A stretch of 64,000 nucleotides of DNA from the NCBI GenBank assembly GCA_944391475.1, contig CALXTR010000002.1, positions 67,814-131,813 of the forward strand, written 5' to 3'. Of the stretch, positions 30,374-39,654 are shown in pieces. The notes beneath the pieces were generated by a model. The model saw only the letters and a program-made list of their open reading frames with translations, did not search any database and was not told where the DNA came from. The DNA is from an uncultured Alphaproteobacteria bacterium (GTDB lineage: Bacteria > Pseudomonadota > Alphaproteobacteria > RF32 > CAG-239). How positions within the stretch are numbered: position 1 is the stretch's first letter; every line of letters starts with the position of its first letter. The translations under genes were made by a program, and so were the position numbers.

Positions 30374-31873
30374 CTACACCTCAAAACCTACATGAGCCTG
30401 AAACTGTCCTCCACCGCCCTGCCAACTGCTGCTCTTGAAATTTTTATAATTCCAACCACTTCCGGATAAACGCACCGGCTCGGAACGCAGGCAACCGGCA
30501 ACGGCGTCAAGTGCATCATCATGCAAGCTCCCTTCAAAACTCCACTCACGCATTTCCTCAATGAAACCACCGGCATAAACCCTTCGATGCACATTTAAGG
30601 CTCGAGCCGCTAACACCACTTCAAAAGCTTCCAAAATTCGCTTTTGCTTGTTTTCGGTAGAGTACATCTCCAAAACCGCTGCATTTAACTGCCTTGTTCT
30701 TAATTCCTTACGCAAGATTCCGGGCAGAAATTTGCCAAGTCCGTTTATCTCCACCCTTACTGAGGGCAAGTGGTTGCGTTCCAAAAAATCGACCACGCTT
30801 CGACACTGCGCCTCGGCGGCATTTTGTTCCTCTCCTTTTTGTAATCTGATATACTCCAAATCGTGCAGGTAATAGTTCCCCGCCTCATCTGAAAACACGC
30901 AGGCAATCACGCTGTTATCGCCCCCATTGCCAAAGGACGGGTCCCACCAGCAAGAAGCTGAAAGCAACTTCCTTTCCCCAAGTTTTAAGAACTCGCGTTC
31001 GTTGGCGCTGATGAGCTCCAACTCCTCGCAATAAGGCTTTAACAAATCCGGATTTAAGACGCACTCTTGCACATTGACCGGTTTGAGCATCATCTGCGAG
31101 AGAAATTTGCTCTCGCCCGAACGTGCCCGAATGGAGGCGATTTTTTCATCAGAAAATCGCTCCGGCCAGGCGCTCTTGCCGTGCTTATCCAAAATGGGCA
31201 ATTCCAACTTCTTAAACCCCAGCAAAAACGGCTCAACTTCTGCTTTACTCGCCTCATACTCAGTTTGATATATGGTATAGTAAGTATGCGGAGTGCCGAT
31301 ATATAACTGCACTCCAGATGGCGTGAGAATATAATCGAGCTCGCTTAGTTTTTCTCTCATATCGGCTCGCTTTAAGGCCGTATCACAATTTTTGGGAACT
31401 TCCACATCATCGCAAATGATGATATCGGCACGAAGACCGGTAATGTTTGCTCCCAAACCCTTGGCCAGCATAGATGGATCTCGCAACTCGGCGTCGCGGT
31501 TAATGGTAAACTGGTCAGATGACCACTGATCCAAGCGATCCGGTTTGAGCCCTAAAGTCAGCGGGTGCTGCTCAATAATCCGCTTAACGTTTCTAACCAT
31601 TTTTTTTGCCAAAGCATGATCAGCGGCAATTACCAAAATGCGGCTTGCTGGTTTGGTATACAATATCCAAGCGCAAAACAAGCCGACAATGGTGGATTTG
31701 CCCGAATTGCGAAAGGCCATCAGCAAACCTTGACGCCGCTCTTTTTCGTTCCACAAAGAAGAAAGCCAACGAGCAATCTTTCTTTGGTGTTTGGGCACAC
31801 CCAATCCTTGGAGCCGAAACCAGACATATACAAACTCGAAAAAATCAATCTTCATCTTCTTGTCCGTCGTCAA
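30374..31873 (-). CDS. Terminase large subunit (T7 gp19-like)
   Basis: Walker A AFRNSGKST. ATPase plus nuclease domain architecture. 499 aa. Confidence 0.8.
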   Translation of the reverse strand: MTTDKKMKIDFFEFVYVWFRLQGLGVPKHQRKIARWLSSLWNEKERRQGLLMAFRNSGKSTIVGLFCAWILYTKPASRILVIAADHALAKKMVRNVKRIIEQHPLTLGLKPDRLDQWSSDQFTINRDAELRDPSMLAKGLGANITGLRADIIICDDVEVPKNCDTALKRADMREKLSELDYILTPSGVQLYIGTPHTYYTIYQTEYEASKAEVEPFLLGFKKLELPILDKHGKSAWPERFSDEKIASIRARSGESKFLSQMMLKPVNVQECVLNPDLLKPYCEELELISANEREFLKLGERKLLSASCWWDPSFGNGGDNSVIACVFSDEAGNYYLHDLEYIRLQKGEEQNAAEAQCRSVVDFLERNHLPSVRVEINGLGKFLPGILRKELRTRQLNAAVLEMYSTENKQKRILEAFEVVLAARALNVHRRVYAGGFIEEMREWSFEGSLHDDALDAVAGCLRSEPVRLSGSGWNYKNFKSSSWQGGGGQFQAHVGFEV

Positions 31874-32159
31874 ACTCGTTTTTGGCCTCTATCAGCAATT
31901 TTTCTATGTCAGTGGTTGTTCCGCTCATAGGTTGCGGGTTTTCGTCTTCGGTCCAGCGCGCCAATTTGAGCAAAGTTTCGGCGTGCACCACTGCCGATTT
32001 GCAGGCACTGTGGTGAGCACTAAAGCCTTTGGCATCATCAGGCACGGGTTGTTCCGAAAAATTTTCGTAGCTTGCCATCACTTCAGAAATTTTTTCAGGA
32101 AGTGTTTTTTTGAGGCGTTTTTTTAAGGCAGAAAGTGTTTTTATTTTTTTGGTTACCAT
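31845..32159 (-). CDS. Putative terminase small subunit
   Basis: 104 aa with a basic N-terminus and acidic C-terminus. 29-nt overlap with the terL start. Confidence 0.3.
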   Translation of the reverse strand: MVTKKIKTLSALKKRLKKTLPEKISEVMASYENFSEQPVPDDAKGFSAHHSACKSAVVHAETLLKLARWTEDENPQPMSGTTTDIEKLLIEAKNEFDDGQEDED

Positions 32160-32267
32160 TTTTTTACCTCAATAAAAAAAATTCGCAAAACAGCAACCTG
32201 TTTTACGAACCAATTTATTTTTGACACACTTCAAGCAAGTGACATTTAGGGTTGTATCAAAAATTTT

Positions 32268-32687
32268 TCAAAAAGTCAAGATATTTTTCCTACTATTTTT
32301 AATTTTTTTATACAATTTATATGGAGTAATAATAGAAATATCTCGAATCCCTAAAACTCTTTTAACAAACTCAACACAGGTAAAAACCATAAACGGTGCG
32401 GGTTTGAAGATGGTTTGTTCCATGTGAACTCGGCATAGTGTGACCCCTTCTTTTCTTGCAAACTCAATCATTAATTTTTTGGTATCGCAGCTTGTGTATA
32501 ACTCAACATCAATCCGATTGGAGCGTGGATTTAACAACACAACTGCCTGCTTTTCTGCCGCAACCAAAATTACATAACAATGTCTAAACCCTGGTTTCAA
32601 AAACCTTAACCACCACAAACAATTAGTATCTTCAAAAGCAACATATACCTCACTAAAGCCTTGTAAAGTCTCCCAGCCTACTTGCAT
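32268..32687 (-). CDS. Hypothetical phage protein
   Basis: 139-aa ORF, second gene of the leftward operon. Confidence 0.4.
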   Translation of the reverse strand: MQVGWETLQGFSEVYVAFEDTNCLWWLRFLKPGFRHCYVILVAAEKQAVVLLNPRSNRIDVELYTSCDTKKLMIEFARKEGVTLCRVHMEQTIFKPAPFMVFTCVEFVKRVLGIRDISIITPYKLYKKIKNSRKNILTF

Positions 32688-32702
32688 ATTATCCCCCTAT
32701 TA

Positions 32703-33032
32703 TTACAAGATTTTATGTTCTCTTAAGCGTGCATCAAAACAACGAATCGCTTCCTCCCAGAGCCTTATCTCGCTCCTCTTGGCGCGCTTATCGTAATATG
32801 GCGGTATTTGATATTTTCCCCAGCGGCTTAACACTCTCAGATGACGATTACTCACGTGGTCCTTAAAATGCATTTGCTTTAATATCATATAAATATCCCC
32901 AATTTCACAAGGACGCATTTTGCCCGGAAAATCTGTTCGAGAGCGCAACCCGCCGGCCGAACATTCGATGATATTGCAAAACCAAAACCAGACTTCTTCG
33001 GCATTATCAAATGGCTCGTACTTCTCTAACAT
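32703..33032 (-). CDS. Hypothetical phage protein (first gene of the late operon)
   Basis: 109-aa ORF. ATG preceded by GGGGAAAA. Confidence 0.4.
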   Translation of the reverse strand: MLEKYEPFDNAEEVWFWFCNIIECSAGGLRSRTDFPGKMRPCEIGDIYMILKQMHFKDHVSNRHLRVLSRWGKYQIPPYYDKRAKRSEIRLWEEAIRCFDARLREHKIL

Positions 33033-33084
33033 GCAATTTTCCCCTTTTAAGTTACTACTTTAACCAATTGTTAACTGCGGTAAT

Positions 33085-33112
33085 GTTATACATTAAGTTG
33101 TAGGATTTTCAA
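33085..33112 (-). promoter_or_regulatory. Sigma-70-like promoter of the leftward structural/lysis operon
   Basis: On the minus strand: TTGAAA (plus 33107-33112), 16-nt spacer, TATAAC (plus 33085-33090). Confidence 0.5.
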
Positions 33113-33117
33113 CTTAA
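33093..33117. promoter_or_regulatory. Perfect inverted-repeat operator candidate overlapping the late promoter
   Basis: TTAAGTTG-N9-CAACTTAA (8-bp arms). A second dyad, TTGTAGG (33098-33105) / CCTACAA (33131-33138), lies nearby. The arms sit in the spacer and the -35 of the leftward promoter. Confidence 0.5.
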
Positions 33118-33124
33118 AAAAGAT

Positions 33125-33153
33125 TTGATTCCTACAAGTATTTGTGTTATATT
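33125..33153 (+). promoter_or_regulatory. Sigma-70-like promoter of the repressor gene
   Basis: TTGATT (33125-33130), 17-nt spacer containing the CCTACAA half-site, TATATT (33148-33153). Confidence 0.45.
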
Positions 33154-33194
33154 ACTATCTATAGTCGAAAAACCCGCAGGGAAAGTGAGGAATT

Positions 33195-33818
33195 ATGAAG
33201 TACGAAACCGTCTGGAGTGCTGTTGATAACTTGGCTAAATCTATGGGACTATCTCCTTCGGGGCTGGCCAAAAAATCCGGACTCGATGCTACTACTTTTA
33301 ACAAAAGTAAACGTAAACGGCCTGATGGAAAAAATCGTTGGCCTTCATTGGATAGTCTAAATAAGGTTTTGGAATTTTGTAATCTTACTTTTGATGAATT
33401 TTATAAATTTGGTGATGCAGACAATGCAAATGAAAAGCTTAATGCTATTCCTTATCTGAAAATTTCCGCTATTGCTCAATCTGATTGTTGCAAAGATAAC
33501 TCTCTTGATACATCTGGTTGGGGTATGTTTTGTTTTCCTGATGGCAACAACAGCCTATATGCTCTGGAAATTGACACTTCTGATTATGCCCCGCTTTATA
33601 AATTTGGCACTCTACTTATTCTAACCAAAAATTCGGAAATTCGTCGCAATGACAGAGTGGCTATCTTCAAAAATGATGGTACAATTACCTTATGTGAGTT
33701 TATTCACCGGAAACCCAAAACGGTCGAACTAGCTTCGCTTAACCAACCAGAAGTTATTATTTCTATTGATATTGAGGAAATTAAGTTTCTACACCGAATC
33801 GTATGGGCCAGCCAATAA
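33195..33818 (+). CDS. Phage repressor, XRE-type HTH plus S24 (LexA/cI-like) C-terminal domain
   Basis: N-terminal HTH (LAKSMGLSPSGLAKKSGL). C-terminal beta-rich domain with a cI/LexA-like layout (..DTSDY..GTLLIL......NDRVAIFKNDGTITLCEF). Divergent from the structural operon. Confidence 0.6.
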   Translation: MKYETVWSAVDNLAKSMGLSPSGLAKKSGLDATTFNKSKRKRPDGKNRWPSLDSLNKVLEFCNLTFDEFYKFGDADNANEKLNAIPYLKISAIAQSDCCKDNSLDTSGWGMFCFPDGNNSLYALEIDTSDYAPLYKFGTLLILTKNSEIRRNDRVAIFKNDGTITLCEFIHRKPKTVELASLNQPEVIISIDIEEIKFLHRIVWASQ

Positions 33819-34025
33819 ATGGAGCCAAACATGAAACATAATTTTGAAGAAGAATTTTATGATACTTTGCCTCTAAATAGGCCGGACCCAAATTGTGGGC
33901 TAAATCTTATGTGTCGCAAAACTACCAAAAGAATCGCTCATTTGCATCAGCAAAGAAAAACTTCGACCGCTCTGGAAGATATTTTACGCCAATATCGCGA
34001 TTATGCTTTGAAGAATCAGCGCTGA
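33819..34025 (+). CDS. Hypothetical small protein, translationally coupled to the repressor (TAAATGG overlap)
   Basis: 68-aa ORF. Its stop overlaps the convergent HAD-like gene by 10 nt. Confidence 0.3.
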   Translation: MEPNMKHNFEEEFYDTLPLNRPDPNCGLNLMCRKTTKRIAHLHQQRKTSTALEDILRQYRDYALKNQR

Positions 34026-34513
34026 GAGCGAATTATATTCTCAATCTCGTCTAGCGCCTCTATTGCATGGCCGGAAAAATCTATCTTCTGGTTATCTTTG
34101 ACATAGCATTCCTGCTCTTTGCCCTTATACAAACAGTATGGCGTGATAAACCACTTGGCATAAGCCTTGCTATCGTCAATATGAAAATCTATCCCGTTCT
34201 CAGCACAATATTTGGCCTTGGCTGTATTCCACAAAGCATCGGCAACCTTAAACTCGCCATTGGAAAAATGTTTAACTTCTCCCAAATGCTCATAAAAATC
34301 TAATATCGCAAAAATTGTCGTATAGGCAATATTCCAGTCATCAAGCAGACATCTTACCACATCTCCGGGGCCGCCGGTCAAAATATGAATCTCATATTCG
34401 CGACGAATCGCCTCCCCCGTAAAAGCACTGAAAAAATCCGGATTGGCGGTTATAACACCATGAAAATCCAGTCCAATTTTAATCCTTTTACCATTATTCA
34501 TCGCTTTTTCCAA
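34016..34513 (-). CDS. HAD-like hydrolase / 5'(3')-deoxyribonucleotidase-like protein (tentative)
   Basis: N-terminal IGLDFHGVIT resembles HAD motif I with His in place of the second Asp. 165 aa. Overlaps the end of the asmA-like gene by 20 nt. Confidence 0.3.
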   Translation of the reverse strand: MEKAMNNGKRIKIGLDFHGVITANPDFFSAFTGEAIRREYEIHILTGGPGDVVRCLLDDWNIAYTTIFAILDFYEHLGEVKHFSNGEFKVADALWNTAKAKYCAENGIDFHIDDSKAYAKWFITPYCLYKGKEQECYVKDNQKIDFSGHAIEALDEIENIIRSQR

Positions 34514-37500
34514 AAACCGAAGAGAACATTTCCTTTAATGAATTGGGGCTCAATGCCGAAAGCGGATTGTAGCTGATTTGCGGATTGTCAATATTGCCTT
34601 TAATCTCATAATTAGCTGCAAAAACCGTGCCGTCTTTACCCGAAAGTAAATTGCCAACCAAAGGTATTTTGCCTAAGAAAGTGTTGAGGCTATATGCCGG
34701 TGCAAACAAACCTTTGACCTTTAGTTCGGACGTATTGCGGTCATAACTTCCGCTCGCCGATATACCCATTACATTTCCAAAGGCACGTCCGTCTGTCACG
34801 CTCAAGACCTTATTCTCATAGGTGAAGGGAGCATCAAAGTGCGAGAAATTTAACCCCTCGCCGGTTATCATATTCACGATACCGCTAAAGGAGGCTAAAG
34901 TCAGCAACTTGGCCAATATGGGCGTATTATGTACACTAAAATTGCGAATCTTAGCATGGCCGACTATCTTCTTATCAGCTTGCCGCACAGCCTGAATATT
35001 TAATCTACCACCGCGCATATTCTCATATATATGCAACACCTTTAAGGTACTACCGGCATCATTACTATCAATATTTAACATATATTCTTTGTTTAATCTC
35101 GGTTCATATTCCAATTTGAGATAAGATTTAGGAGAATTACCATAATTACCAATTATCCGCATCTCCTCTATCCCTACTCCATGCCGCAATTTGGCACTAC
35201 CGGCAAAATTGCGCACCGAAACACTTGGGTTGGTCCACAACCGATTAACCGCTATATTGATATCAGTATCGGTCACATTTTCTAAATCATCCTTATCATC
35301 TTGGGGATTATCTTTATTAACCTTGCTGGGCGCTGATAAGTTAGAGGTGAAAAAGGCCGACAAATCGTAACTCAAACCTGAAACATTAATCTTGACTTTT
35401 GGGGTGGCATTAGCAAACTCTATCTTGGCTCGCGCCGAAGTCTTGGGTGCTTTGATACTGGTAATATCAACCGTTTTTACCTGTCCTTTACTATCGACAT
35501 CAATTTTACCGTTCAAATCAAAGTCGGTTTTGGTAAATGTAAGCGATGGGATTGCGCTCAATTTTCCGTCTTCTAAAACCAGCTTGGCTGTTAACTTAGA
35601 CTTTTCGCCCCAATTTTTAACCAAGCCTAAAAATCCAAAGTTTAACTCTGTATCTACCATATTGGCAGTAACATCAATCTCATAGCGATTATTGGGATAG
35701 GAAGTAATATTTGCCATAACATCGGCGTTTCCGATTATGTAGGGATCATTTAATACGCTATATTGATCCAGACCAAATTTTTGTTTGAAGGCCTTATCAT
35801 ATTTGAACTCTAGCCTATATTTGCTCTTATAATTTTTGGCTCCAAAATTTTCATCCCAGACCAGGCGCATCGGGATATCATCAAAAACGGCCTTGCCCTC
35901 AATATGCATTCCCTGATTGTTTACGCCCAACGCCAACTCTTGAGCAGATACCGTCTTGCCTTGAACAATGTTGGGGATTTTGACATTTTTCAGCACCGAT
36001 TTGACATCCACATGGACTTCTTCGGGCTCTAAATCGGCTTTGAGTTCAAATTTCAAGCCCAAATCGGTAACCGCACTGCCCTCAAAATCATCAGGATTAA
36101 GCCCTAACTCCTTAGCGTATCCTAGGGGCGGATTATCAATCAGCTTTAAGGCATCGGTAATCGTGCTTTCGGCCTCAATCTTGATATCGGCAAAATTGTC
36201 TTCTTTATCCAAATCGGTCAACAGTACATATCCACCGGTCATGATGACCCCGTTGGAGACACCTTTATCAATATCGACCTTCAAATCACGGGGAGAAAAA
36301 GTGACGTGGCCATAAATATTTTTGATATCGGGCATACCTCTGAGGTAGTTCAAATTTGAATCTATAACATCAACTCCGCCGGTCAAGTTCTCAAAAACAA
36401 TGGATTTTTGCTTGGCATCATAGCCAAAGTCAAACACAAAATCGGCATTGGCAGCCTCGCCGCCATAGATACTATCTTCGCACCAAACCCAAGCCTTTTC
36501 GGCAATATAACGCGGCCACAAATTATACAAGTCATCAAACTTGAGCTTATCAATGTGGGCACTAAATTGAAGCTTAATATCTTCGGGATTGTTATCTAAA
36601 AAATATTTTTCAAGTCCAGAAACATCAAAACTTAACTTTGTTTTCTGCCCGCCTAAATCAAAATCGGCATCTTTAATGGTCAAGTTCTCAAATCCGGCTT
36701 TAAGCTCTCCACTCAGCGCAAATGAATTGACCGGATAAATATACTCTTTCTTATCGGCAAAAGCGATATTGCCGCTACCGCCTTCCAAAGAAAAGACGAT
36801 TTTTTCAAAAATACTATCAACCGCACTAACTACATAATCACGATTTTTCAGGACTTCGTTAAAATCAACCAAAGCTTCAACTTGTCCGCTTAAGGGTAAG
36901 TTAATCTGATAAAAATCAAGTTTCTTTTCCGGCTCAATTAAATTCTCGACCACTTCTCCGGGGTTCAAATCTGCAAAATATGTACGAAGGGCCAATTTGT
37001 TTTTGGAAGGACGATACACGGCCTCAAGTCCAATGGTGGAACTTGCCTTATCCCCTAGTTTCAACAAAGCGCTAAAACCGGTTTCAATACTCGTAAAATT
37101 GCGCTCAAAATTGTAGTTCAAATCCGATAAAATCCATTTGCGGCCAAGCTCGACTTCGTGCAGTTCAACCTCGGCATTGTTAATGGCAATATCGTTAATA
37201 TAACTCTCCGAATAAGAATTATCTTCCGAGTTGAACCGCTCTAAAAAATCCTCTAAGCCTTCAAAATAATATTCCAACTTCTTGCGGTTGATATCATTGC
37301 CACCGCTTCCCACGCCATAGCTTGAAAAAATATACACTGTCGGGCGGTTGACCTCAATACTGCTTGGGGCAATCACACCATGTAATAATGCGCTGATACT
37401 AAAAGAAACCGATGTTTTGGGCGCACTGACCACAAAGGTATTGTCATTTTTGCGGTAACTCACGTTATTGGCAATAATCTTTATCGGCTGGATGGAACGC

Positions 37501-37709
37501 ACCAGCTCAATGTTAACCGAATCTAGTGTGACTTGATAGTTGGCATCATCATGATTGAGCGCCTTAATGATATATGGTTTCAAAAACGGAACGGCTATCG
37601 GGCCGCGATAAAGCTGCCACAAAAATATCAAAAACATAGCCAGAAAAGCAGCTCCGGTATAGTCAATGACTTTTTTGAAGATATATCTGCGGTTACTTAT
37701 CTTTTTCAT
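34494..37709 (-). CDS. AsmA-family (AsmA/TamB/YhdP-like) large envelope protein
   Basis: 1071 aa with an N-terminal TM anchor then a long beta-rich periplasmic region. AsmA-like C-terminal region (NTPILAKLLTLASFSGIVNMITGEGLNFSHFDAPF). Confidence 0.6.
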   Translation of the reverse strand: MKKISNRRYIFKKVIDYTGAAFLAMFLIFLWQLYRGPIAVPFLKPYIIKALNHDDANYQVTLDSVNIELVRSIQPIKIIANNVSYRKNDNTFVVSAPKTSVSFSISALLHGVIAPSSIEVNRPTVYIFSSYGVGSGGNDINRKKLEYYFEGLEDFLERFNSEDNSYSESYINDIAINNAEVELHEVELGRKWILSDLNYNFERNFTSIETGFSALLKLGDKASSTIGLEAVYRPSKNKLALRTYFADLNPGEVVENLIEPEKKLDFYQINLPLSGQVEALVDFNEVLKNRDYVVSAVDSIFEKIVFSLEGGSGNIAFADKKEYIYPVNSFALSGELKAGFENLTIKDADFDLGGQKTKLSFDVSGLEKYFLDNNPEDIKLQFSAHIDKLKFDDLYNLWPRYIAEKAWVWCEDSIYGGEAANADFVFDFGYDAKQKSIVFENLTGGVDVIDSNLNYLRGMPDIKNIYGHVTFSPRDLKVDIDKGVSNGVIMTGGYVLLTDLDKEDNFADIKIEAESTITDALKLIDNPPLGYAKELGLNPDDFEGSAVTDLGLKFELKADLEPEEVHVDVKSVLKNVKIPNIVQGKTVSAQELALGVNNQGMHIEGKAVFDDIPMRLVWDENFGAKNYKSKYRLEFKYDKAFKQKFGLDQYSVLNDPYIIGNADVMANITSYPNNRYEIDVTANMVDTELNFGFLGLVKNWGEKSKLTAKLVLEDGKLSAIPSLTFTKTDFDLNGKIDVDSKGQVKTVDITSIKAPKTSARAKIEFANATPKVKINVSGLSYDLSAFFTSNLSAPSKVNKDNPQDDKDDLENVTDTDINIAVNRLWTNPSVSVRNFAGSAKLRHGVGIEEMRIIGNYGNSPKSYLKLEYEPRLNKEYMLNIDSNDAGSTLKVLHIYENMRGGRLNIQAVRQADKKIVGHAKIRNFSVHNTPILAKLLTLASFSGIVNMITGEGLNFSHFDAPFTYENKVLSVTDGRAFGNVMGISASGSYDRNTSELKVKGLFAPAYSLNTFLGKIPLVGNLLSGKDGTVFAANYEIKGNIDNPQISYNPLSALSPNSLKEMFSSVFGKSDE

Positions 37710-38541
37710 GCTTACCTAACCAAGTTAAAATATCTTTATAATTGCCAAAGTCATATAAATTACTATGCATCGCCCCAGGGTAAGAAATAAACTCCTTTTG
37801 AGTTTGAGCTCTCTCAAACAAATCTTTACCAAGATTTGGCTCTATTACTTCATCATCGCTCCCAGACATCACCAACAATGGGGCTTTAACCTCAGCAATT
37901 TTAGCCTTGCTGTCGTATTTATCACGCATTATCAACTCTAAGGGCAACGGCACCCAGACGTGCTCCTTTGCCACTTCAACCAAATCATTAAACGGAGCTT
38001 CCAATATCAATCCGCCAAAAGCCTCCATATCCCCCATTTCCGCGGCCACTCGGGTAGCCATATGAGTTCCCATGGAAAAGCCATAAATAACAATATCGCG
38101 ATTCTTATAACCCTCTTGGTACAAATAATTAACGGCGCTTTTGGCATCGGCAACCAGATTTTGCTCAGTTATCCGCCCTTTGATACCTCCAAAGCCCCGA
38201 TACTCCGCGATAAATGTGCCATATCCGGCTTGTTGTAAAGGTTGCATTTTGTTAGAAAACTTTTCGATATTATACGAGTTTCCATGCATAAATACGATTA
38301 CCTTTTTACCGTTTTGTGGCTTGCTATACCAAGCATACAACATGGTCCCATCAGCGGCCGGATACTCGACCTCTTTACCCTTATATCCCTTTTTTTGTGC
38401 TCTTTCGAGGCTGGCGCGCTCGTTTGAGGGGTGAAAAAAGAACCACTCCTGACGAAAGACAACTACCCCGCAGAAAATAAGGTAGCCAATTGCTGCCCCA
38501 AGCACAAAACGTAATATAAGCCGAATTTTAGGCATTTGCAC
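37693..38541 (-). CDS. Membrane-anchored alpha/beta hydrolase
   Basis: N-terminal TM helix. GFSMGT nucleophile elbow with downstream D and H. 282 aa. 17-nt overlap with the asmA-like gene. Confidence 0.65.
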   Translation of the reverse strand: MQMPKIRLILRFVLGAAIGYLIFCGVVVFRQEWFFFHPSNERASLERAQKKGYKGKEVEYPAADGTMLYAWYSKPQNGKKVIVFMHGNSYNIEKFSNKMQPLQQAGYGTFIAEYRGFGGIKGRITEQNLVADAKSAVNYLYQEGYKNRDIVIYGFSMGTHMATRVAAEMGDMEAFGGLILEAPFNDLVEVAKEHVWVPLPLELIMRDKYDSKAKIAEVKAPLLVMSGSDDEVIEPNLGKDLFERAQTQKEFISYPGAMHSNLYDFGNYKDILTWLGKHEKDK

Positions 38542-39635
38542 CTACCTTATGGGCTAGAGCTGCACTCAAGAACAAATCAATATCCCCGTCCAAAACCCCT
38601 TTGCAATCGGAGGTCTCTACTTCAGTGCGCAAATCCTTAATCATCTTATAGGGTTGGAGCACATAAGAGCGAATCTGATGTCCCCAGCCGATATCGGTCA
38701 TAGAATCGCGCATATCTTGGGCTGCAGCCTCCCGCTTTTGGAGCTCACGCTCATACAACCGTGCTTTGAGCATTTTCCAAGCGGCCTCGCGGTTTTGGAA
38801 CTGCGAACGCTGGTTTTGGCACTGCACGACAATTCCGGTCGGAATATGGGTAATACGCACCGCAGAATCGGTCTTATTAATATGCTGACCGCCGGCACCG
38901 GAGGCGCGATAAGTATCGACCCGACAATCGGACTCATTTATCTCAATTTCGATTTCATCGTCTATCACCGGATAGACCCCAACTGAGGCAAAGCTGGTAT
39001 GGCGGCGGGCAGCACTATCAAAGGGAGAAATGCGCACCAAGCGATGAACACCGCTTTCGGATTTTAGCCAGCCATAAGCATTGTGCCCGCTAATCTTAAT
39101 TGTGGCAGATTTTAAGCCGGCAACCTCGCCTTCGGTTTCTTCCAGATACTCGACTTTATAGTGATGAGCCTCGGCCCAGCGGCTATACATACGCAATAAC
39201 ATCTCGGCCCAGTCTTGAGCCTCGGTGCCGCCGCTGCCGGCATGAACTTCCAAAAAGGCATCGTTGGCATCGACCTCGCCATTGAGCAGAGCCTCTAATT
39301 CGCCTCTTTTGGCCTCGTTTTGCAACTCTTTTAAATGCGTTTCCAGCTCGCTTAACGAGGTTTCATCATTTTCAGCCTCGGCAATTTCGGCAAGCTCGGT
39401 ATAATCCGCCAAATTTTGCTCCATAGTCTGATAGCTCGTCAAAGCTTCTTCAAGCGCAGTTTTCTCACTCATCAAACGGCGTGCGTTTTGAGCATCATTC
39501 CACAAAGAACTGTCTGCACTTAGGGCATTTAACTCGCTTAAGCGATCAAGAGCATTTTCATAGTCAAAGAGACCTCCTTAGCAGCTCCAATGACTGCTTG
39601 ATTGCTTGAACCAACTCATAAATCTCGGCACGCAT
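38528..39635 (-). CDS. prfB: Peptide chain release factor 2, expressed via +1 programmed ribosomal frameshift (ORF0 39635-39567, ORF1 39565-38528)
   Basis: Minus-strand sequence ATG CGT GCC GAG ... GCT AAG GAG GTC TCT TTG AC TAT GAA. Internal SD-like AGGAGG, then CTT TGA C. The downstream frame gives DYENALDRL...[11 protein letters not shown]..., the GGQ domain ([23 protein letters not shown]) and SPF. Confidence 0.85.
39564..39583 (-). other. prfB autoregulatory +1 frameshift site (AGGAGG-N2-CTT TGA C)
   Basis: Plus strand GTCAAAGAGACCTCCTTAGC is the reverse complement GCTAAGGAGGTCTCTTTGAC. In-frame UGA after a Leu CUU codon with an upstream SD-like element. Confidence 0.8.
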
Positions 39636-39654
39636 ACTTTATTCTCCTAACATT

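Larger units (their letters stand above)
21936..34025. mobile_element. Compact T7/podovirus-like structural plus lysis module (prophage remnant or domesticated GTA-like element) with a divergent repressor
   Basis: Contiguous leftward operon: terS-like, terL, holin-like, SleB endolysin, membrane protein, portal, scaffold-like, capsid, tail tubular A and B. Rightward XRE/S24 repressor. No integrase, replication genes, core proteins or tail fibre. No flanking tRNA or obvious direct repeats. Confidence 0.75.
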
